Source of the DNA: Anthoceros angustus
Lineage: Eukaryota > Plantae > Anthocerotophyta
Assembly: GCA_010909165.1 (NCBI GenBank)
Contig: MU008208.1
Span: 29,545 to 93,544, forward strand
DNA length: 64,000 nucleotides
Direction of reading: 5' to 3'
Part shown: positions 52,811 through 63,560 of the stretch, in pieces
How positions within the stretch are numbered: position 1 is the first letter of the stretch
How the letters are laid out: every line of letters starts with the position of its first letter
Notes under the pieces: model-generated
Database searches by the model: none
The model's input: only the letters and a program-made list of their open reading frames with translations
Told to the model about the DNA's origin: nothing
Program-made: the position numbers and the translations under genes

Positions 52811-53924
52811 ATGGCTTTGCAGGGGAAATTGGCTCAATACCACAAGCAACAGCCGTCGAAGCTGCAGACTTCACATTCCAAGACAGCTAGTCCTGCTACT
52901 CAGCAAGTGAAGCCTTCCAGTCCCGCTCCCAAGAACCTGCCGCAGGCGCCTCCGGCAACTCAGCCCCTTGAGCTTGTGTCCACCGTCAATCGAGAATCCT
53001 TCACCAACAGTCAAGAGAAGCTGCAGCAGATTGCCAGCATCCGCAACTCGCCTGTGGGAGCACAGCTCAAGCGAGTGGTAGACGTTCTTCTTGAGGTAAG
53101 CCTTTGATTGCTCGAGTGAAGGAGAAAAGAGTCCAAGGTTGATGACGAGGTGGAGGGTGTTCAATATTATTTGTCCCTGTTCAGACTCGGCAGAATCTGC
53201 GACCGGAGGACATCAATGATTTGTGCAACGTGAATGTCAAGGGCAACAAGAAGGTGTTCGCAAGCCTGCAGAAAAATCCCAAGGTTTCCTTCGACGGGCG
53301 ACGCTTTTGTTACAAGGTAGGGTGCGGGACATGTGCCACAATCGATCGGTTTGCTTTCCTCGGGCAGCGGTGAGCTCACGGAGATGACCTCGGGCTTTGC
53401 TGCGCAGCCTAAATATGACATGAAGAACAAGTCGGAGCTGCTTAGATGGATTCGGAAGGACCCGCATGGCATTCCTCTATCAGACTTAAAGGACTCTTAC
53501 GTGGGAGTGGAGCAGGATGTGCAGGTTGCATCGATGGTCATGAGATTTGCGGTCCAGGAGGAAGGGGTTTCTGACGGATGGCCATTCGCTCGTGCAGGAA
53601 TTGAAGGCTCAAGGGGAGGTGTGGGTACTCACAAACAACGCTTCTCATCAACAAGTGGTGTATCCCGATGACCCTTCTATCAAGATGAACGTGGACGAAG
53701 ATGTCAAGGAGCTTGTCAGGGGCATTGAGTTGCCTAAGGACTTTATCCACTTGGAGCAGGAGTTGAGGAAGGCTGGAATGATGTCTGTCACCAACTCTGC
53801 AGGACGGAACACCATGCATGCCGCCATCCCCAAATCAGAACAGAAGCCCAAGAAGAATCCCAAGAGGCACCAGTCTAAACGCTCCAAATACATAAACACC
53901 CACCTCCCTCAGCTCTTTGAATAG
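52811..53924 (+). CDS. GTF2E2: General transcription factor IIE beta subunit; exons 52811-53095, 53185-53316, 53408-53524, 53598-53924 (286 aa)
   Basis: Three phase-0 GT-AG introns give an uninterrupted frame: ...IRNSPVGAQLKRVVDVLLE|TRQNLRPEDIN...KNPKVSFDGRRFCYK|PKYDMKNKSELL...DLKDSY...DVQ|ELK...VVYPDDP...W-equivalent RGIELPKD...NTHLPQLFE*, the plant TFIIE-beta pattern. Confidence 0.93.
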
Positions 53925-54466
53925 AAGAAGAAGATGAAGAAATTTTAGAGCTTTAGACAGTTAGTTATGGATGTGTAAGATCATAGAATGGATCCGGACT
54001 TACGTGTTGAGCAATCCAGGATTCATGAAGGAATTATCCAGTGAATTTTGGACAAAACTTACGCTCTGCCCAGCTTTGATATACAACGGCCACCATCAAG
54101 GCATACGCCTTCAAGGTATAGACTGTCTGATAGAATGCACTCAACAGCGTCTATGTAGAAAGGGGTTTCTCCTGAAACCCCTTTTGGCACACGGACGTGG
54201 CCGGACCCCTTTTTGCACACGTCGGAAATCCGCACTGAAATCAGCCTTTTTGGTATTTCTCTAGAGACATGTCACCCGCAAACATTTCAATTATTGTTGT
54301 GATACACGATATTCAACATTGTACATTGGAAGTTCGAGGCAAAGCCATAGAGTCTCATTCACGATTAGCTTTTTCCTTCAAACTGGACACAAAATTTGTG
54401 CGCAAACTTGTGCACGCACTTCCATATAAACAGTCTCCAACACCTGACAATGGTATATCTTTTTAG

Positions 54467-55400
54467 CTAGTTTGGTGAATTTTGTCTTTCCGTCCTCGGG
54501 ACGATGATGTCATAGTTCTCGTGCAGCCGTTGAGGATCGTAAATAGCAAGAGGAAGATCTGGTGTGTCTCCACCTTGGGATTCGCCAAAGCCAAACGTCT
54601 CCAGATGTTGGTTGTCCCAAGTAGGGTCGCTTTCTTCTGGTCTTCGCACTTCTTTCCTGTCCTGGTTCTTAGGCTTTTCCGGACCCTTTTTGCCGTCTTT
54701 CTCCTTTTTTTTCTGGGGCCCCTGTGTTTGACTCAACTCTTGAAGGTCGATGGGCCGTGCGCATGTTCCTTGGACCAAGTGAAGTGCAGGTCCAATAACC
54801 CAATCTATCTTCTCTTGTAATTAAACCCAATTTGTCTTAATTTAACAGTGCAGGTCCAATAACCGTGTCTGGAACTGTCGTTAAGAACTCCAAGCCATCT
54901 TCGGTTTCCCACTGCGGAGAAGTAGAATACTGTTTACTCCGTATGACTGTAACTTTTCCGTGCCCCAATCTGTCTTCTCTTGTAATTTTGAACTGGTGCT
55001 GGAACGAGAGGTTGTTCAACTGCTTAACCAACCGCAGCTTTAAATTGGTGCCCCCTGGCTCCTTTCGCAACTGGCCACACATATGTTCAGAAGTCTGGCA
55101 CTTCGGTGATAACCTTCACCTCTGGGTTTGGTGTGTATGCCGTTCTCAATATATCCTCCATAGCCGGGAGAGTACGAGCCTCTTTGTGCTTCAGATGCTT
55201 TGAAAAACATGAAAACATCTGATCCACCTGGTCATGCATGTGTCCGACGAGAAGAAACCCCACCTTAACCTTCTTGAAAATCTGCAGCTCTACTAGCATA
55301 TTCAGGTACGCAAATAGCAATTGATTCTTACTCTCCCTGCATGTGTTGTCAAGCTACAAATACAATACTGATGGAAAAAGCCCCTCGTAAGTGTGTATGT
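54467..55400 (-). pseudogene. Sola/DUF7869-type transposase, C-terminal half, cut off at 55401 by the YR element
   Basis: PSVLYL*LDNTCRESKNQLLFAYLNMLVELQIFKKVKVGFLLVGHMHDQVDQMFS...AYTPNPEVKVITEVPDF...QFKITRE...KQYST. Confidence 0.7.
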
Positions 55401-57944
55401 ATTAGGGAACGGACGCGCGGAGGGGCGTCACGGCCGAGAACGGTCGAGGCCGTGAGGCCGAGACCGTTCTAGGCCGTGGCGCCCGACGTCTGCCTCGGCG
55501 TAAGGGAGCGGCCGAGTCTGGGGCCGAGACGCGCCCAACTCGACTGCAGACCGAGGCGGGAGCCGAGGTCTGTGATCTTGTTTAGACTGGGTGCCTATAC
55601 CACCCGGCTTATATGTCATTTCTCTCTCTCTTACAGTAACTTCCCTTCACTACTGTTTCATTTTCGTTTTTTCAATCCTTTTACACAATAAAAGGATTAT
55701 CATCGTCACTGTCGTAATTAGGCTCTAATCAAAATATTTTTTGTTAAATCACACATATTCTATTGGAGTAGATGGAGTGTAATATGGTTCCGTCGTGCCT
55801 CTTCGTAATAGTACTTTTGAGCTGCTGATTGTATGGTCCAGATAAATGTATTATCATTTCAATATTTCATCCAAGCGAGAATATTTCGCAATTTAAACCA
55901 TTGTCGAATTCATATATAAAACTTATCTATTTTTAACTTTAGTACTCACCTCAAAGAGTGAAAACAACTCGCTTTGATTCTCCGATAACTACAAACAAAA
56001 AGTAAAAGTAATTAGTCATTTACCTCCATTTCAATTCGGAGAAGATCTTTCTTTGCATATACCTTTTCGACAAGCGTTAAACACGTCGTGAAGATTCACT
56101 GCGGAAATGTGATCGTATGTTCAAGAAACATAAACATTAGAATTTTTTGGAATGCAAGCGGATATTACCTTTCAAACGATGTACCTTTTGAATGTTTTAG
56201 TTGTCTCGGTTCTTCCATGAGAGACAACAAGTCGTTTTCAACTCCTTATTTTCAATTGCTGCCTATCTCGCATTCAATGCATACAATTACATTACATAGA
56301 ATTATATGTAATGAAAATAATAGAGAAAGAGAAGTTATCGCTTACTTGCTTGGATTTGTCTCTGCTTTCGAATGTTGGGTTGGACCCATCTTCATTCAAG
56401 ATGGGTCTTGCTCTTTTAGACTATGCTCCCAAATTCGAATACTTATCTTTAAAGTCTTGAAAAGTGGTGGATATTGAAAATTGCTCATCCACTTTCCAAA
56501 CTCGGTGAACTCAAGTGACGGCCCGTAAGTTGGTCCATCCTCCTGAAGTCATCAATTTTTCTCTTTTTGCCCGATCAAAACCAAAATCATTACTTTCTTA
56601 AACCAAAATCATATTAATGCACATTATATACCTAATACTTTTGTATACGATTGGAGATGGCTGCGTTGTCAATGTTGTTGTCAATCTTTCGACTTTGTCC
56701 TTTATATGGCAATTTGTTTTCCAAAGATTCTCAGAATGCCAACAAGTTATAAGAAGGTCAATGTGAAGAAGCAAAGAAGGTATGAATGTAATTTTAGATT
56801 ACCTCGATCTTTACTGGATTGAACTTTGATATCCCTCCAACATTGTTTGCATTGAAATCGTGTCCATTAAACCTTTCCACAAGTGTACGCTTCAGCCCAA
56901 TTGAGTTGTTCAAGGTTCTTTTGATATCCCGCAGAGATAAATTTAGGGTTAAGATTTTGGATTTGAGCATAATTAGATCAAGTTTATGAATTAAAGAAAA
57001 GTGCTTACCTTCTTTATCTTATTCAATCAAGTGCATCTCGCAAAGATGCTTAAGGTCTTGTTTGTCCATCACAGAGAACATTGTGTGCTCATGAGGCGCA
57101 ACCCACGGGTTTTGTTAGACTCGACCAACGAGAACATACGGACTGACAATCATTTTTCCCGAATACCTTTTTCTACGATCTTTCTTATCTCCGGTGTGGT
57201 GGTTCAAACTCGCGTTAGCCATATCCTCGGATCCCCATGGGTGGGAAGTAATTTGTCGAGCGCTCACGGTGGCGTCAGTAGTTCTTGTCTGCGGGGGTTG
57301 ACACAAAAGTTAGTAAAAGTAAAAGCAAAGTAAAAACGATAAGACGAACAACTAAGTACCTTCTTGGATTTGAAAATCGTTATTGCTTGGTTCTCGATTC
57401 CATCCCGATTCAAAAGCCAACACTATTTATAGTGAGCCAAATGCAACAAAACGATCGCACCGAGATCAACAAGTTGAGCAAGGGCAAATTACTTACGTCA
57501 CGATCGTCGGTGCTTCACGCGAAACCAATTGTTGTTCGCATCGAATAATGTCAAAAATGTTTGTCGATCAATCCGTGAACTTGCGGCGGCTAAGTGCGAA
57601 CATGTTTCAAACGGCACACAAAATGCATGTTTCACAAGATGGCAAAGATCGGCTAAAGACTCAAAGAACGAGTCTTCTACCGCAGAACCCCTTACCTTTG
57701 CTTTCGTCAACCCAACTATGCAATAGTTTTCCCAGTGACAACCCTCCGGACACGTTGTTGAAATGACCATGAATTATTGACGTGCTTACGGATCGCCTCT
57801 TCTTGTGACCTTTGGGCTGTCGAAATCTGGAGGGGAAGGAGCGAAGGTTAGAAAAGTGCATGACAAATTTTATAAGCATTTACATGCATCCGCTGGTTCG
57901 AATGCGCGACTTAAAGGCGCGTGTTGCGGCCGCCACTCAAAAAT

Positions 57945-58080
57945 GGCGTTGCGGCATGCGCGCCACTCAACGCCGCGACTTGCGGCATGCGCGACTTAAC
58001 GCCGCGTGTTGCGGCATGAAGCTTATCAACGCCACGTGTTGCGGCATGCGCGACTTAACGCCGCGACTTGCGGCATGCCA
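57945..58080. repeat. Minisatellite, about 30-bp unit x 5 (TTGCGGCATGCGCGACTTAACGCCGCG); inverted copy at about 30410-30600
   Basis: TTGCGGCATG recurs at regular spacing. Confidence 0.85.
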
Positions 58081-58937
58081 CCACCAGACGCCGTATGTGC
58101 GCATGCCGCACCACTGACCAGACGACCGACATATGGTTAACAAATCAAGTGTACAACAAAAGCTGATCATACCGATGAGCCAGTGGCGCTAAACACTGCT
58201 GACTCAGAGCCAGGAGATGGATCAAACACGAGACATCGTGAAGGGCGTGATTCAACAAGCAAGGCGTTGCTCCTAGAGTTTCCCAAGAAAAGAACATGTG
58301 CGTGAGAACCGCGAACCAAGGTGATGCGACTAACACAGGTCTGAAGCGATGGAGACTGCAGTGATGATCGAAACAAAAGACGAGTGAGAATCGAGACGGG
58401 TGTTAACAGGCTTCACCCAACCTTCTCAAAACAAGGTTTAGACCTTCTCACCGTCAGGCTAGGACTCTCCGCTAAAGGACCTTCACTAGACTTGGGCGTG
58501 GTGCGGAGGAGGATCTCGTGAGAGGCAGGCGCCACTCGAGAGAACCCTCCTAGAGCAGAAGGCGTGCGTGGTGCTGGCGGGCGGGATTGATGAGCGGATC
58601 TGACCCCGGACTCGAGGCGTTGCGATCAGCGGCGACTGCGGAATGGTGGCGGCAGCTCTAGTGCATGTATACCGGGTTAGGGTTCTAGATGGTTCATTTT
58701 GCTTTAGGTTTAGGTATGGTGAAGGTGGCTAGGTTTTGGTTACGCCCGCCGCTTTGGGGTTTGTAGATTAGGTTTTGGTATGGTGAAGGTGGCTAGGTTT
58801 GGGACGAAACCTAGGTTTGGTGGTAGCTAATCAATCGCGAACCTAGATATGTTGGACTCTCGGATTTTAGGTTCGGAAAATTCAAATGTGGTTCGAGAGA
58901 GAGAATGTGTGGCGGCGAGAGCAGCTAGGTTTGCGGG

Positions 58938-58947
58938 CCTATATAAG
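58938..58947 (+). promoter_or_regulatory. TATA box upstream of the recombinase transcript
   Basis: CCTATATAAG; the left copy has the corresponding CTTATATAGG at about 29090. Confidence 0.5.
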
Positions 58948-58989
58948 CGCTTGTTTTGAAGTTAGTCATTCTTGCTGTGTTTCAGAGTC

Positions 58990-59690
58990 GAGTTGCTCCC
59001 TTCCAATGGGGAGCGTGTGTGCATGTTTGCTTTTCAAGTTTTAGGTCCGAAAGGCCAAGTTTTGATGTCTTGTGGTCAAGTGCTGCGCCCGCTTTATAGG
59101 TTTGTTCAAGCCTGTGGCTTTTATGCCGTTTGGATGGAAGGCCCGGTGTTCTTTTTCGAGGCCAAGGTTCATTTTGCTTTAGGTTTAGACCTTCCCTGTC
59201 AAGGCCGAGGTCTTTTCTCTGTTCGGCGTCCAGCCGCTTTGGAGCGTGTGTGTGCATGTTTGCTTTTCAAGTTTTAGGTCCTGCCCACTCAGGAAGAGTT
59301 TTGATCATCGTTGTCTTTGCGCTCGCTTTATAGGTTTGTTCGTCACGTGTGGCTTTTATGCCGTTTGGATGGAAGGCCCTTGTTGTCTTTTCGAGGCCAA
59401 GGTTCTTTTGCTTTAGGTTTAGACCTTCCACCGTCAAGGCCGAGGTCTTTTCTGTTCGATGTCCTTGTTTGGAGCGTGTGTGTGCATGTTTGCTTTTCAA
59501 GTTTTAGGTCCTGCCCACTCAGGAAGAGTTTTGATCATCGTTGTCTTTGCGCTCGCTTTATAGGTTTGTTCGTCACGTGTGGCTTTTATGCCGTTTGGAT
59601 GGAAGGCCCTTGTGTTGTCTTTTCGTAGGCCAAGGTTCATTTTGCTTTAGGTTTAGACCTTCTCCAGTGTTTTTGAAGGCCGAGGTCTTT
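58990..59690. repeat. Three tandem units of about 232 bp downstream of the TATA box
   Basis: GTGCATGTTTGCTTTTCAAGTTTTAGGTCC near 59020, 59250 and 59480; GGCTTTTATGCCGTTTGGATGGAAGGCCC near 59116, 59351 and 59581. Confidence 0.85.
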
Positions 59691-61599
59691 TCTTGTTTTG
59701 TTGTGTTTTTGCTTTGTGTATTGTTTGTTTGTCTTTTTCGTAGGCCAAGGGTTTGTGATTAAAGCCATGGTGTTCTGTTTCAAGCTGTGGTGGCGTGCGT
59801 GGTTCTCTACCAAGGCCAAGGCGTTAGATCAAGGTTGTTTTCTTTTCGAGCTGCTTTTTGCATTCTTCTATAGATTCGCCTAGTTTCTTGTACTACTCGT
59901 TTCTTGTTTGTCTTTTGGTAGTGATCATTCGCTTAGCGGCTTGACTTTGTTGTTGTGATTCTAGCTCTTGTTTGACATTTGTGTTTTGGTCCTTTGTTTT
60001 GCTTTCTTTGTTTCTGTTGTTTTGCTTTCTTGTTAAGTGTTTTGCTTCTCGCGTCTTTACTCTTTTGGTGTGTCCGTGGTTCACTTTGTTTTGGTCACTG
60101 CTTTGTTTATTTGTCGATCTCGTGGATGTCTTATCCTGTTGTTTTGCTTTCTTGAAAGATAATTCTTGTTGTTTTGCCTGTAGCGTGTTTAAAAGTCTTT
60201 AACATTTCAATAGCATTTCCTCCTTCATCGAGTGCTTCTTAGCGATGCTTTGTGTATTGTGGTTGTCTACGTGGTTCTTGCTTTCTTTGTTTGTTGTGTT
60301 GTACTTTTTTGTTTTGCTTTCTGATTCTAGAATCGATGTTTTGTTTTCTTTTGCTCCTAGTTTGGTGTCGATTGTCTATGTGTTTGTTGTGCTTTAATCT
60401 TATGTCTTTTTGTTTTCATCTACGGATCCATTTTACTTAAGACTTAGTTTGTTTCTATGTGTTTTGGTCCTTTGTTTATCTATGTAGTCGTGGGGATATT
60501 AGGCTGCTGGTCAAATTATCTGTGGCAAGCTTATGTACATGGATTGTTGTCATCGGCATTTTATATCATGGTTTTGATTGTTGTGTTGTTGTACTTTGTT
60601 GTTGTTTGTTTCTCTTGTGGTCAAGTCGATGCCTAATTTTAAAGGTCTTTCTTGTTTTGTTGTGATTCTAGTTGTTTGTTTAAGAGTGGAGTTTTCCTCG
60701 TGTTTCCATCTATTTGCGTCTACGGCGTTAATTTGTTTTCTCGCAGTGTATGTGGTATCGTATTCTTCCGAGAGCACATTGTGGTGAACGTGACAAATTT
60801 TTCCAACTTGTCTTGTCCGTTCAAGTGTTGTGTTGTACTTTGTTTGACATTTGTGTTTTATGTGTTGTTGTTTTGTTGTCTAAATATGTTAGGCATTGTT
60901 TCAGCCTTCGACCTTTGTTTTCTGTTCGATTTGTTTTGACCGCTTTCAAGATCCCATTTGTTTCTTAAGGTGTGTTTTCTGTGACTTATGGAAGTGTATG
61001 TTTCATTGCAATTTAAGCGTTGTATTGTTTGTTTATCGCAAAGAAGTGTGTTGGTTATCATTTGCTAACATATTTCTTTCGTTGTGTTTTAAAGCGCCAA
61101 CCCTAAGGTACTTTTATGTCGATTTTTTTACATTGACCAGCTAATGTGTTTTTAGTGCAATATCCGCTTTTTTGTTTTGATTAGTTGTTTTCGATATGAC
61201 ACTATTCTTGTTCTCATCTGTAAGGTCAAGTTTTAAAGGCCTAGATCAATTCATTTGTCATGCAGGAAGAGGTTATTTGTCCGTTTTTTGCTTTTCTTTA
61301 GCTTGTTTGTTTGTTTTTTGTTTTTTTTCTCACTTGCCGAGTCTTTATTACGGAAGTATGGTGTTGTTAAGAAGGAGTTATCTGCTCTTTCTAAAAGTGG
61401 AGATTTCAATATTTAACAATGCATTCAATGAATGTGTCCCATTTCCCATCCCTTTGCTTTGTGTATTGTTTGTTTATAATCAATTGTTAGACCCTTCAGT
61501 TCCATTTGGAAGTTGAACACCATGTAAGTGTTATTTGTCTTTTGTCTCCACGTTTCCTTTTTGTTTCTTTTGACCACTCTAATCTTTATGTTTTTGCAG

Positions 61600-63560
61600 A
61601 TGGCTCCTAAAAGAAAACCCACGGGCCTGGGCGGAAGAAAACAAGGATCTCTGGTGAAGTTATGGCCAAGCCATATACAAGCAGTGTCAAATCCATGATT
61701 CCGCATCGCAACTCATCCGCGGGATGATGGTAAAGTTGATGGTGTCTTGGTGCACGTGAAGGAACTTACTTAGTTCCCAAAAGACTTGCCCAAACCGCCA
61801 AGGCGATTTTCATCCAAGAAGGATGCTCACGTGAGTTTGTTCGAGAAGAGGAGAAGGGTGGACACTCGACCTGGCTTTGGTTGAAGGTCCTCTTGCAGAT
61901 TACTAACTATGTCGATGTCGAGAGGGGTCCGGTTGTGGGGAGAATGATTTCTTGATAACCGACGATCCCATGGTTGTGAGTCGCCAAACTGCGGAGTCTA
62001 GAGATTTGTCTGCCGTTGAGCAGAATGCTTCTGGTGGGCTTTTCCATGCTGTTGTGGTTCCCGACCGAGTCATCCCGATCAAGAAGTGCTTGATATGTTT
62101 GAGAGGCTAAAGTGTGATGATCCCAAGATGACTTTGCCATGGGTATGGAGGAAATTGATGATGAAGCAATTTTCGGAGGCGGATTTGACCCAATAGTCCC
62201 GAGGGAGCTGTGAATGATGCTCTTAGTGGTGGGGAGGATAGGTCCAAACGGCAGAATAACTGGTGTCGAAGTCGTCTTAGGGCCTTTATGAAAGTTAGTG
62301 GGGTCAGGGGATGGAATACTGCTGTTGAGGATATCCCTCACAAGGATTTGAATCTTATTCTGATATCATTTTTTCATCAAGTTCGGAATCTAAAGGACAA
62401 TAGGAGATTTTCTCCAGAAACGTAAGTAGTGATGTTATTTTACTTGTTGATTTTGATAGTTGTGACTTTTCTTCACTTGAGTGATTTTTGTTCTCTCTTG
62501 TGCAGGTTGATGTCTTTCTTTCGTGGTTTTAACCGAATTTTAACAAGGAAGTGCATCTTGAACCAAAGCCGGTTACGATGTTCGTGATCAACATGTTTCA
62601 TGGAATTTTCCATGGGTCCGTTGGTTGCGTCCATGAAAATCGAAGGACCTTGGGATTGTGTCATGTCGAAAAGAGGTGAAGTTGATTTCGATGATGATGA
62701 GCGACGATTCTTTCACACGAGATCATCAATGCTCATTTGGGGGGGCTCAAAAAGGTAATATTGTTGGTTTAGGGGTGCACTTTGATTGTTCATTTATGGT
62801 TTTAAACACGGAATGCCTCTATTGTTTGCGGTGTGCATATTTTGCATGACCAGTTTGGAGTTCGAGGTGGTGAAGAGTTACATAACCGCTCATCGTGGAC
62901 TTCTCGTTCTCGGATTCAGGACCTTTTGTTCAAGATGTTTTGGTTGTTTTGTTCATTGTATCTTTGACATTGTTCATTGTATCTTTGTTTTGATGTCGTA
63001 TTAAGCTCGCTTTTATTTGCGGTATCGGCGGCTTTCAAAAATTACAAAGTGGACATGAAGAATTACGGGGCATTTAGTCAAAAGGTCAAGATTCTGACGA
63101 GGATGTTATCGAAACTTTTAGAGCTGTTATTGAACACTCTCCCAAGTGGTCTGCAAACGACAAAAATCTGTCAATTCAGGGGTTTCTGTTCAATTCAACG
63201 ATTGATAACCCAAGATCAAATGTAAGTTTGTTGTTATTTGGGCTTAAGTTTTGTGGTTTGTATTTACTAACTGTTTGTTTTTTGGCTAGGCTTGGTATGC
63301 AAAACTCCGTGTTTCAAAAGGAATGTTGTCAAGGTTCATGAAGACCATGGCTGAAGCAGCTGGGCTCGTTGGCTATTACACCAATAAGAGCTGCCGTGTA
63401 ACAATGATTACACGTTGTGATGGCTCGTGCCTTCGATCTTTGGGAGAAGTGTGGCCATAAAGCGGATCTGGATTCTCAAGGTAATATGTTTTGAAAGCTT
63501 GTGACATTTGAGTCCTTTGTATGTTCCTTCCGTTCGATATGGTTTGCGAGATATGACGGT
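61600..63560 (+). pseudogene. Intron-containing tyrosine recombinase (DUF3504/Crypton type), frameshifted in this assembly
   Basis: tgcag|ATG at 61600. EDIPHKDLNLILISFFHQVRNLKDNRRFSPET|LMSFFRGFNRIL (intron 62422-62505). LLFAVCIFCMTxFGVRGGEELHN (62854-62880). KNYKVDMKNY. WYAKLRVSKGMLSRFMKTMAEAAGLVGYYTNKSCRVTMITR (63290-63415). GHK at about 63452. Confidence 0.72.

Noticed and set aside
55402-55420. TTA plus GGG as a PIF/Harbinger TSD and TIR
   Set aside because: No inverted partner (CGCGTCCGTTCCC) and no Harbinger transposase in the window; the associated gene is a tyrosine recombinase.
59900-61500. Many Cys/Phe/Leu/Val-rich ORFs here and at 27400-28600
   Set aside because: Compositional artefacts of TG/T-rich low-complexity leader sequence.
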